Source: an uncultured SAR86 cluster bacterium
Lineage (GTDB): Bacteria; Pseudomonadota; Gammaproteobacteria; Magnimaribacterales; Magnimaribacteraceae
Direction of reading: 5' to 3'
DNA length: 64,000 nt
NCBI GenBank assembly: GCA_902574355.1
Contig: CACGNN010000007.1
Span: forward strand, 1,721-65,720
This document shows positions 53,174 to 61,906 of the stretch, piece after piece. Each line of letters opens with the position of its first letter. Position 1 is the stretch's first letter. The translations under genes and the position numbers were made by a program. The notes under the pieces are model-generated. The model saw only the letters and a list, made by a program, of their open reading frames with translations. It ran no database searches and was not told the origin of the DNA.

Positions 53174-54688
53174 TTAATTAATTATTCTCATTTTTAAGTC
53201 GTTGATAAGCATATCAATAGAAATATTTGAATTTGTAGATCCAAAAATATATCTATCAGGTCTAACTAGGAAGGCTCTATCTTTTTCCATAAAAGATTTC
53301 ATCCAAGGATTTTTCTCAATATATTTTTTTTCAAGAATGACTAACTTACATTCTATCAAATCAAGAAATTCATAATGATCTTCAGAGATTTCCAAAGGAG
53401 ATTTTGATATCAAAGAAAAGTTTTTCCCTAGAATATGATCCATTCTCTTTACAACTTTTTCACTGTCATACTCTACAGGTTGGGGAAAGATCTCTCCAGC
53501 ATTCATTGACTCATCAGCTTTTCCACCGAAAAACAGACCCTTCGTAAGATTAGGTAATATAAAGGATCCATAACCCTTCTGAACTAAATCCTGTGATACC
53601 TCTTCTGGAGTTTCTGCCTCAGCATAAGCTTCCATTAATTCTCCAATACCCGCAGAATTTTTCACAACAAATCTAGAATGCGGAATTCTCTCTATCTCGA
53701 AGCTATCTACTAAATTTGTATTTAACTTATTTTTAATTGATGCCGCAATTTTCCAGGATAAGTTCACTGCATCTCTATAACCAGACATCATGCCTTCTCC
53801 CATAAATGGAGGAGCTTGATGCGCGGCATCGCCTATTAAAAAGCAGTTACCTTTCTGAAAATTTTTAGCTATTACCGAATGGAATTGGTAAACAGCCTTT
53901 CTTATGATTTTATATTCTTCTGGTTGCAACCATTTAGCTATTAGCTCGTGAATGGTTTTGTCATCTAAGAAGCTTTCCTTATCTTCATGCTCATGAATAA
54001 TGAATTCCCATCTTCGAAAAGGTAAGTGAGAAGGAACAAAAGTTGCAAGCCTTTCTTTATCACAAACTTGTATTAACTTATCACCAAGTTTATCAGGCTC
54101 ATTAAGTTCAACATCAATAACAACCCAATCACGATTATAATTTAAGTCCTCTTGAGAGATACCTAGCTGTTTTCTTACAATACTTGATCCTCCATCAGAA
54201 CCAATTAAATATCTAGAAGTAAAATCTTTCTCTTCTTGATTATTTAAATTGATAGTTTTAAAACTTACAGATTCTTTATTTTGATCAAGACTTATGAATT
54301 CATGTTCTAAAATAATTTCAACATTAGAATTTTCTAATTTTTTTCTTATATCACGATCTGTATAAGGCTGATGAAATAAACTTGATGCCGGCCAACCATT
54401 TGCTGATACAAAACCTTTTAAATCAATAGAACCGCCAATAATTTCCAAATTCTTGTCAGAAAAGTAAGCACCTCCAAGAATAGTGCTATTTTTTAGGTAA
54501 ATGTCTTCAATTCCAGCTAATTGAGACATTCTAAAACCTTGATCGCTAACAGTTACTGCTCTTGGAAGATTGTAAATATCTTTTTCTTTATCGATGCACA
54601 GGACTCTCATGCCGTATGATTCTAAGAGAAGTGCGGCCATACTTCCGGCAGGTCCTATACCTATGATGGCTACATCAAAATGATTCAC
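53174..54688 (-). CDS. FAD-dependent aromatic-ring monooxygenase (MhpA/PcpB-like)
   Basis: 504 aa. FDVAIIGIGPAGSMAAL (GxGxxG) and GDAAHQAPPFMGEGMMSGYRDAVNLSWK. GTG start overlapping the GST stop (GTGA). Confidence 0.88.
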   Translation of the reverse strand: MNHFDVAIIGIGPAGSMAALLLESYGMRVLCIDKEKDIYNLPRAVTVSDQGFRMSQLAGIEDIYLKNSTILGGAYFSDKNLEIIGGSIDLKGFVSANGWPASSLFHQPYTDRDIRKKLENSNVEIILEHEFISLDQNKESVSFKTINLNNQEEKDFTSRYLIGSDGGSSIVRKQLGISQEDLNYNRDWVVIDVELNEPDKLGDKLIQVCDKERLATFVPSHLPFRRWEFIIHEHEDKESFLDDKTIHELIAKWLQPEEYKIIRKAVYQFHSVIAKNFQKGNCFLIGDAAHQAPPFMGEGMMSGYRDAVNLSWKIAASIKNKLNTNLVDSFEIERIPHSRFVVKNSAGIGELMEAYAEAETPEEVSQDLVQKGYGSFILPNLTKGLFFGGKADESMNAGEIFPQPVEYDSEKVVKRMDHILGKNFSLISKSPLEISEDHYEFLDLIECKLVILEKKYIEKNPWMKSFMEKDRAFLVRPDRYIFGSTNSNISIDMLINDLKMRIIN

Positions 54689-55611
54689 AAATTTAATGCA
54701 CTTAGTTCCTTATGAAAGGATTTAAGAAATGGATTATTTTGAATGGCATATTTGAGCTCTTTTATACCTTTTTGAAGGTTAGGATTGTTTTGATCAACTA
54801 TTCCTTTTATGAAACTATCTCTCTGTTTGATTTTTTCATAGTAAGTATTGATGAATGGTTTTTTTTCAAGTAAAAGACCGCTCCAACCGCACTCATCAAG
54901 GCGATGAAGGATAACGGACCAACTTATATCTGCGAGAGAGAAATTGTTAGATGCAAGCCAATCTTTTTTACTTGATGACAGTTCAGTTTCTAACTCACAT
55001 AGATGGTTATTCAGTTCTTTAAAGGCAGATTTAATGAGATTTTGAATCGGTGGTAATTTTATGAAAGTAAACCCAAATATTTTTAGCAGCAAAAAAATAA
55101 ATACTCTCTGTTTCATTGGATGAGAAATTAATCCTTTAATAACTTCTAGGATAGAAACGTTTTTTAACATAGTTGTAAAAAGTGGAAAGGTAAGGGGTCC
55201 AATCGTATTACCGGCATATTTTTCATGATCTTTTACTGGATTACCGACCATCGACGCTTTATCTGTCCAATAATTTATTGATTTAACATCACGGTCTTCA
55301 AGCGTATTTAAGTTTTCCTTACTATTGAATATGAATTTAATTTGTTCATGTGATTCGTATATAGGCCTACCTTTATTGAGCAAGACAGGAACGGTTGCTC
55401 CTGGATTTATTCTTAAAAATGATTTTGAGGCTACTTCATATTTTCCTGTTTCAATGAGATCTATATGCTTCGAATCATATTTGAAACCTGCCTCGTGAAG
55501 ACAAATTCTTACTTTCCTGGAACACAGTGAAAAATCATTATGATAAAGGGTCCATTCTGCTGAGGTTTGCTCGACTAGGTAATCTTGAAGGCCTACTTGC
55601 ATCCTTTGCAT
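54685..55611 (-). CDS. glutathione S-transferase family protein with zeta-like active-site motif and a hydrophobic insert
   Basis: N-domain SLCSRKVRICL (compare the zeta-class motif SSCxWRVRIAL), TVPVL cis-Pro and ESHEQI. At 308 aa it is about 90 aa longer than typical GSTs. Confidence 0.75.
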   Translation of the reverse strand: MQRMQVGLQDYLVEQTSAEWTLYHNDFSLCSRKVRICLHEAGFKYDSKHIDLIETGKYEVASKSFLRINPGATVPVLLNKGRPIYESHEQIKFIFNSKENLNTLEDRDVKSINYWTDKASMVGNPVKDHEKYAGNTIGPLTFPLFTTMLKNVSILEVIKGLISHPMKQRVFIFLLLKIFGFTFIKLPPIQNLIKSAFKELNNHLCELETELSSSKKDWLASNNFSLADISWSVILHRLDECGWSGLLLEKKPFINTYYEKIKQRDSFIKGIVDQNNPNLQKGIKELKYAIQNNPFLKSFHKELSALNL

Positions 55612-55628
55612 TTGTTTAGAGCAAACTA

Positions 55629-56402
55629 TTAGACAATAAGGTGATGTCCACCATCCATGAGCATTGTCTCACCCGTTACTACTTTTGATATTTCAATAAA
55701 GTTATATATACCTTCAGCAACCTGTTCTGGAGTAACAGTAAGTTTTAGTGGAGTAGTCGAAGTTAAATTCTCCTTAGCTGCATGATAAAGATCATCACCC
55801 ATGCCTTTTCTTAGCCAATCTCCTTGAATAAAACCAGGGCAAATTGCATTGACTCTTATAGGACCGAGATTTCTGGCCATAGATTTCGTCATTGTATTTA
55901 GCGCACCTTTTGATGATGCATAGGCAAGAGAGCTACCAATGCCTTTTATCCCTGCAATTGAAGAGATATTAACAACACTTGGATTTTCACTATTCATTAG
56001 CATTTCTTTACAAGCCTTTACCATCTGGAAGGGCCCCACAACATTAACTTTGTAAATATGTAAAAAATCATCAGCATCTAAACCATCTAGATCGGCATGA
56101 TTAAATACAAATTTTGTTGTTCCAGCATTATTTACAAGAGCGTCGATTCTTCCCCATTTTTCGATCGTTTGATGGACTGTTTCTACGCAATCATCATTCT
56201 CAGAAACATCTGCCTTTATGGCTAGAGCTTCGACTCCTAATCCCTCACATTCTTGGACTATATCATTTGCATCCTGAATAGAGCTTGTACATGTTATTGT
56301 TACATTCCACCCCTTTGAGGCGAGCAATTTTGCTGTAGCTGCTCCAACGCCTCTACTTCCACCAGTTATTATTGCTACTTTATTGGATGTTGCATTAGCC
56401 AT
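55629..56402 (-). CDS. SDR-family oxidoreductase
   Basis: TGGSRGVGAATA, NNAG, YASSKGA. Confidence 0.88.
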   Translation of the reverse strand: MANATSNKVAIITGGSRGVGAATAKLLASKGWNVTITCTSSIQDANDIVQECEGLGVEALAIKADVSENDDCVETVHQTIEKWGRIDALVNNAGTTKFVFNHADLDGLDADDFLHIYKVNVVGPFQMVKACKEMLMNSENPSVVNISSIAGIKGIGSSLAYASSKGALNTMTKSMARNLGPIRVNAICPGFIQGDWLRKGMGDDLYHAAKENLTSTTPLKLTVTPEQVAEGIYNFIEISKVVTGETMLMDGGHHLIV

Positions 56403-56418
56403 ATTTAAATCCCTTCAA

Positions 56419-56940
56419 TTATCTATTCACAAACTCTTTTGTACTTTCTTCTTTAAGTACAAAACCTGGTTTATCTTTGAATGTATTTTCTACCCATTTT
56501 AAGGCATCTTTTTCGTCTAACTCTGGATTCCATGGCTCACCTTGGGGTTGTTCTACATCCCAGGGAGTATCTAAAAATATCTCCATCCCATTATTTTCAG
56601 GATCATTGAAATAAAAGGATAGCGCATTTCCATGACATAAAGGCATGTATTCATGATTGATAGCATCAAATTTCTTTTTGAACTCTTTCAATTCTGAATA
56701 AGTTTCAACTCTAAATGAAATGTGGTTCAAAGCAGTTGGAGTTCCTATATCTTCTCTACCTAGTACAAATGCTAATTGATGATGTTCATCTGGATCATAA
56801 CTAATAAAGATTATTTCAGGACCATTTTCAAAGATTGGGCCACTGTCACTCACTTTAAAGCCCAAAGTATTTATATAAAAATCTAATATTTTCTCTTTAT
56901 CTTTAATATTAAGTACTGTGTGTGACCATCCTAGTTTCAT
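56419..56940 (-). CDS. single-domain VOC-fold metalloenzyme (candidate one-domain extradiol/hydroquinone ring-cleavage dioxygenase)
   Basis: 173 aa. Candidate metal ligands sit in the expected strands: GWSHTVLNI, LNHISFRV, NGMEIFLD. Confidence 0.7.
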   Translation of the reverse strand: MKLGWSHTVLNIKDKEKILDFYINTLGFKVSDSGPIFENGPEIIFISYDPDEHHQLAFVLGREDIGTPTALNHISFRVETYSELKEFKKKFDAINHEYMPLCHGNALSFYFNDPENNGMEIFLDTPWDVEQPQGEPWNPELDEKDALKWVENTFKDKPGFVLKEESTKEFVNR

Positions 56941-56988
56941 CTCTTCACCAATTTTATTATTTATTTATTCTATCTAAGCAAGCTTGTC

Positions 56989-57852
56989 TTACTCAACCCC
57001 CGAATGATTTGTAATTCTTTTGCATACATTTTCTAATGAACCAAGACCTTCAATACTTGTCGTGAGAACATCGCCTTCTTTTAGGAATTTACCTTCCATT
57101 ACTCCAACACCCCCAGGTGTTCCTGTAAAGATTACATCGCCAACATTAAGAGTAACTATCTCAGATAGATATTTAATAATGGAAGGAATATCGAATATAA
57201 GATCATTTGTGTTGTCATTTTGCCTTATTTCATCATTGACCTTACATTTTATATTGAGTTTTTCCTTATTTTCCAAAGCATCTAACGAGACAAGGTAAGG
57301 ACCCATGGGTCCGAAAGTATCAAACGATTTACCTAGATTAAATTGAGGTGGTTTGGCAGCAAATTGAACGACTCGATCTGAGATATCTTGACCTATACAT
57401 AATCCAGCAACATGATCCCAGGCATCATCTACACCTATATCCTTTCCAGACTTACCAATAACAGCTACTAATTCAGCTTCATAATCAACATGATCACTTC
57501 TCATTTCAATCTCTGCATGTGGCCCAACTAGGCAGCTGGTATGCTTTGTAAATATCATGGGCACACTAGGTATTTCCATACCAGCCTCTTCGGCATGATT
57601 TCTATAATTTAAACCTACAGCATAACAATTTTTTGGTGAAGAAATAGGAGCATCTATTTTAGCTTCTTCTAATAAGCCAGTAGGCGTTTTTTCATCTAAA
57701 ATACCATTCAATTCATGCAGTTCGTCCAAACGATTTAAGGCATTGAGTGTATCTTCATCGAAAGTATCATTTGATATTACTTTCAGATCATAATAATGTT
57801 CACCTTTTACAAGAGCTGCTTTGCCAGATATGTTGGCTAATTTAAATGCCAT
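56989..57852 (-). CDS. fumarylacetoacetate hydrolase (FAH) family hydrolase/hydratase (COG0179)
   Basis: 287 aa. The C-terminal FAH domain includes DYEAELVAVIGK, GDVIFTGTPGGVG and other family blocks. Confidence 0.88.
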   Translation of the reverse strand: MAFKLANISGKAALVKGEHYYDLKVISNDTFDEDTLNALNRLDELHELNGILDEKTPTGLLEEAKIDAPISSPKNCYAVGLNYRNHAEEAGMEIPSVPMIFTKHTSCLVGPHAEIEMRSDHVDYEAELVAVIGKSGKDIGVDDAWDHVAGLCIGQDISDRVVQFAAKPPQFNLGKSFDTFGPMGPYLVSLDALENKEKLNIKCKVNDEIRQNDNTNDLIFDIPSIIKYLSEIVTLNVGDVIFTGTPGGVGVMEGKFLKEGDVLTTSIEGLGSLENVCKRITNHSGVE

Positions 57853-57929
57853 GAGATCTCCTATCTTTTAATAAATTGATTATAGGCAATTCTTAATATT
57901 TTATAAGCTTTATATACCGATAAAAATTG

Positions 57930-58811
57930 ATGGAAAGGAAAACTTTTACAAATAAAGAAGGTGAAGACTTCTCTTACTTGGTTCATAAATCTGAAGGTAA
58001 TAGTAAGAATTTTGTTTTCTTTCACGCAACAGGTTTTAACTCTGAAACTTATAAGATTCTTTTCGACAAACTGCTATCTCATTATGACAATGAAATAAAT
58101 ATTTATGCTTTAGACCAAAGAGGGCATGGATTATCTGCTGCTAAATCGAATCCCGACGAGTTAAAGACCTGGGATGTTTTTGTCCGTGATGGCGAGGAAT
58201 TTATTGAGAGTATAAGCGGAACCGTAATCCTTTCAGGACACTCTATGGGATCTATCATTGCTGCAAAGATAGCTTCTTTAAAACCCAGAAAGGTCTCACA
58301 TTTATTCATGATAGAGCCAGTTTTATATGGGCCAATGGAGTCTTTAAAATTTAGATTAAAGTCAATGCTCCGTATCAATCGAGAGTTGGCTATTGCTGGT
58401 GGTGCAGCAAAAAGAAGAAGAAACTTTTCTTCGATTGATGAGGCAGTCACTTCTTATACTGGAAGAGGCGCTTTTACCACTTGGTCACAAGAATGGATAG
58501 AAAATTATTTAAAGGGGGGAACTCAAACAACTGAATCAGGTATTGAATTATCGTGCTCTCCTAATTGGGAAGCAGCAACCTTTAGATCATCCTCTATGGA
58601 TAGCTGGAGATACCTCAAAAAAATAAAAATGAATGTTAAGGTAGTCTATGGAAACATTGGATCGACTTTTTCATCTCAAGCAAGAAGAGCATTATTTAAA
58701 ATCGGTCCAAATTGGAAATCTAATTATTATAAAGAAGCTTCCCATTTTCTCCCCATGGAATATACCGACTCAATTATCAAAGATCTGGAATCTTACTTAG
58801 AAAATAATTAA
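57930..58811 (+). CDS. alpha/beta-fold hydrolase
   Basis: HATGF oxyanion region, nucleophile elbow GHSMGS, C-terminal His in ASHFLP. The start is either the ATG at 57930 or the TTG at 57927. Confidence 0.8.
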   Translation: MERKTFTNKEGEDFSYLVHKSEGNSKNFVFFHATGFNSETYKILFDKLLSHYDNEINIYALDQRGHGLSAAKSNPDELKTWDVFVRDGEEFIESISGTVILSGHSMGSIIAAKIASLKPRKVSHLFMIEPVLYGPMESLKFRLKSMLRINRELAIAGGAAKRRRNFSSIDEAVTSYTGRGAFTTWSQEWIENYLKGGTQTTESGIELSCSPNWEAATFRSSSMDSWRYLKKIKMNVKVVYGNIGSTFSSQARRALFKIGPNWKSNYYKEASHFLPMEYTDSIIKDLESYLENN

Positions 58812-59671
58812 AGACTCTCTACGAATTTTCTTAAAGCAGCGCCTATTTCTTCTGAAGAATCTTCCTGTATAAAGTGATTTCCACTCACTGTTATCTCTGT
58901 CTGATTCTTCCAACTTCTAGCGAATTCTCTCTGATCACCAATTAAAATTGATCCCGGATCAGCATTGATAAACAATTTAGGTATATCCGATTCTTTATGA
59001 AATTCAGCATTAAGTCTTACTTCTTCAACAACCTCGCTCGGCTCACCATCCAGTGGAATTTGTCTAGGCCAGGTAAGAGTAGGGCGTCTGTCTTCTCCTG
59101 GATTCATAAAAGGTCTTATGTACTCAGATTTTTCTTCTTCTGTGTAGCCAGTTGACGAATCTGCTAGAAGTATTCTTTCAACAAAAAAGTTTTTTTCTAG
59201 CACAAGTTCCTCTCCAGCCTCAGACCTAAATAATCCAAAAATTTTAGTTGCAGGATCGGGCCATTGATCCCAAGTTAGTGGCATAACGATAGCTTCCATA
59301 TATGTTATGGACTTAATTCTATCTTTGTTTTCTCTAGCAAATTGGAAACCCATAGCCGAACCCCAATCATGAATAATGAGATGGATATTGTCTCCTAAAT
59401 CTAGCTCGTCCATCAGAGCTGTTAAGTAACTATACTGACCATGATACTTATAGCCAGGATTATCCACTCCCTCGAGTTTATCAGAATCACCCATACCAAT
59501 TAAATCTGGGATAACTATTCTTCCAATATCTTCTACATGGGGAGCAATATTTCTCCATAAAAAAGATGATGTTGGATTGCCATGTAGAAATAAAAAAGTA
59601 TCACCACTGCCTTCATCAATGAAGGCCATCTTACTGTTCTTTATATCTTTGTATTTTTTTGTATATTTCAT
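58808..59671 (-). CDS. haloalkane dehalogenase (HLD-II, DhaA/LinB-like)
   Basis: 287 aa. FLHGNPTSSFLWRN, nucleophile context IIHDWGSAMGF, C-terminal GNHFIQED. It shares a TTAA double stop with the convergent hydrolase gene. Confidence 0.85.
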   Translation of the reverse strand: MKYTKKYKDIKNSKMAFIDEGSGDTFLFLHGNPTSSFLWRNIAPHVEDIGRIVIPDLIGMGDSDKLEGVDNPGYKYHGQYSYLTALMDELDLGDNIHLIIHDWGSAMGFQFARENKDRIKSITYMEAIVMPLTWDQWPDPATKIFGLFRSEAGEELVLEKNFFVERILLADSSTGYTEEEKSEYIRPFMNPGEDRRPTLTWPRQIPLDGEPSEVVEEVRLNAEFHKESDIPKLFINADPGSILIGDQREFARSWKNQTEITVSGNHFIQEDSSEEIGAALRKFVESL

Positions 59672-59675
59672 ATTG

Positions 59676-61121
59676 TTAATCTAAATTAGGAACGACAAAG
59701 GCCTTGAATTCTTCTTCGTAGAGTTCAGCAAATTTAATTGTTGTCTTATCTTCATAAGCTCCACCGATAACCTGTAGACCAATTGGCATACCATCCGCTG
59801 ATAGACCTGTTGGAAAAACGGTACTCGGTAAATGAGCATTTACCGCAAGACCTGGCCAGAAGATTTGTTGAAAATATCTTTGTTCTTGATTATCTACCAT
59901 GACAGTTCTCTCAGAGATTTTTCTGTGATCATGCTCAATAGCGGTTGTGGCGAGCTGCGGACAAATTAATACATCCCATTCTTCAAAAAACTTTGACCAA
60001 GATATTTTGATTTGTTCTCTGGCATAGTTCTGTCTTATCCAATTTCTGTGCGATAACACAGTACCTTTGGCTAAGATTGCGTCTACTGATAAATCATTTT
60101 TATCTAAACTTGAAGCCAATTTTTCTATTTTTTGATACTCATCTTCAGGTAATCCACTTTGCATGACGGATTGTAAAAGTAATTGATAATTAATTTCAGC
60201 TTTCATGAAATCATGTTCAGGTTTTGCTACAAAGGATATTGTTGTTCCAACAGAATTTAGTTGATTGCCGACTTCTTCACATCTTTGAGCTATTTCCTTT
60301 GAAACTGGAGCCAATTCATCATTACTCCAAATAGCCACTTTAAAATCTTTCAGAGAAGTTTTATTACATTCTGCTAGATTGAGTTGCCATCCCTTAGATC
60401 TTCTTTCCATAGGGCCTGCCATTACATCTAATGCTATTTCTAAGTCTTTTGCACTTCTAGCTAAAGGACCACAGACCGATAGATCAGGTTCAGGAACATT
60501 AGGAATTAATTCATGACCTGATGAAGGTATGATGCCGTGACTTGGCTTATGTCCAAAAACTCCGCAATAGTGCGCAGGATTTCTTATGGAACCACCGATG
60601 TCGGATCCAGCCTCCAATGAACAAAACCCTGCCGCGAGTGCAGCAGCACTTCCTCCTGATGAACCTCCTGGAGTCTTTTTCAGATCCCAAGGATTCCCTG
60701 TAATTCCATAGATATCGTTATAGCTTTGAAAGTCAGCTAAATTCATAGGAACATTAGTTTTACCTAAGAAATGAGCTCCCGCTTTTTTTAATCTCTTAAC
60801 AGCCAATCCATCTTCTTTGGCTATATTTCCTTTGTAGTCAGGTATACCCCAACTTGTACATTGACCTTGTATATTGTAAGACTCTTTTATAGTCATCGGT
60901 ATGCCATGCAGTGGACCTAAAGAATCTTGCTTCGAAATGGCTTCGTCTGCTTTTTTAGCAGCTTTTATAGCATCATCAAAAGTTCTTACTACAACGGCAT
61001 TTATCTTGTCATCGTATTTCTCTATTCTATTTATGAAATGTTGGGTGAGCTCTAGTGAACTTATCTCTTTATTTTTTATTTTGTTAGCCAATTCATAGGC
61101 AGGTAAGTGATGAATATCCAA
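59676..61121 (-). CDS. amidase-signature family amidase
   Basis: 481 aa with GGSSGGSAAALAAG and the upstream catalytic Lys context (IPMTIKES). Confidence 0.9.
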   Translation of the reverse strand: MDIHHLPAYELANKIKNKEISSLELTQHFINRIEKYDDKINAVVVRTFDDAIKAAKKADEAISKQDSLGPLHGIPMTIKESYNIQGQCTSWGIPDYKGNIAKEDGLAVKRLKKAGAHFLGKTNVPMNLADFQSYNDIYGITGNPWDLKKTPGGSSGGSAAALAAGFCSLEAGSDIGGSIRNPAHYCGVFGHKPSHGIIPSSGHELIPNVPEPDLSVCGPLARSAKDLEIALDVMAGPMERRSKGWQLNLAECNKTSLKDFKVAIWSNDELAPVSKEIAQRCEEVGNQLNSVGTTISFVAKPEHDFMKAEINYQLLLQSVMQSGLPEDEYQKIEKLASSLDKNDLSVDAILAKGTVLSHRNWIRQNYAREQIKISWSKFFEEWDVLICPQLATTAIEHDHRKISERTVMVDNQEQRYFQQIFWPGLAVNAHLPSTVFPTGLSADGMPIGLQVIGGAYEDKTTIKFAELYEEEFKAFVVPNLD

Positions 61122-61123
61122 AA

Positions 61124-61906
61124 CTAACTGTCTCCTGGTTTCCAGCCTTCAAATCTTTCTTGAAGTCTTTGCATGCCAGTTATCCAGCGATCTCTATCAT
61201 TTCCTTTTCTAGATACATATTCCAAGACCTCTGCATGAGGAGTCACAAGAAATCTTTCATTTTCAATGGCATCAAGTACATCGGCAGCTGCCTCATCTGC
61301 TTCAATCATCCCATCAACTCCAGCTACTCCAGCACCTTGAGCTGTCATGGCTGTTCTTACAGCTTGAGGACAAAGACATGAGACACCAATTCCTTTATTT
61401 CCATAAGTAATTTTTATCCACTCCGCAAAACTCACTGCAGCTGCTTTAGTTACTGAATATCCTGCAGAACCTATCTGAGTAAGTAAACCTGCAGCAGATG
61501 AAGTGTTCATTAAATATCCTTCGCCTCTTTCTAACATTTGAGGCAGAACATGCTTGGCTGCAAAGATATGAGATTGTACATTTACTTCCCAGATATTTTG
61601 CCAATCGCTAGTCTCTACTTCAAAAAATCCATGTACTCCACCAATCCCTGCATTAGAACAAAAAATATCGATTCCACCTGAATATTCATTTGCTTTATCT
61701 ATTACATTGATAATATCTGCTTCTTTTCCAACATTAGCTTGGACCGCTAAGCCATTGATATCATTAGCAGTTTCAGTAGAACCTTCAATGTTCATATCAA
61801 CACAAACAACTGATCTAGCTCCTGCCTTATTAAACGCTTCACATAAGGCTTTGCCTATTCCGCTAGCAGCCCCAGTCACCACAACTCTTTTATCTTGTAT
61901 TTGCAT
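61124..61906 (-). CDS. SDR-family oxidoreductase
   Basis: TGAASGIGKAL and YSVTKAA. The credible start is Met-33 of the tracked ORF (MQIQDKRVVVTG), in a TAATG overlap with the upstream stop. The K/R-rich tracked extension lies inside the synthetase gene. Confidence 0.88.
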   Translation of the reverse strand: MQIQDKRVVVTGAASGIGKALCEAFNKAGARSVVCVDMNIEGSTETANDINGLAVQANVGKEADIINVIDKANEYSGGIDIFCSNAGIGGVHGFFEVETSDWQNIWEVNVQSHIFAAKHVLPQMLERGEGYLMNTSSAAGLLTQIGSAGYSVTKAAAVSFAEWIKITYGNKGIGVSCLCPQAVRTAMTAQGAGVAGVDGMIEADEAAADVLDAIENERFLVTPHAEVLEYVSRKGNDRDRWITGMQRLQERFEGWKPGDS

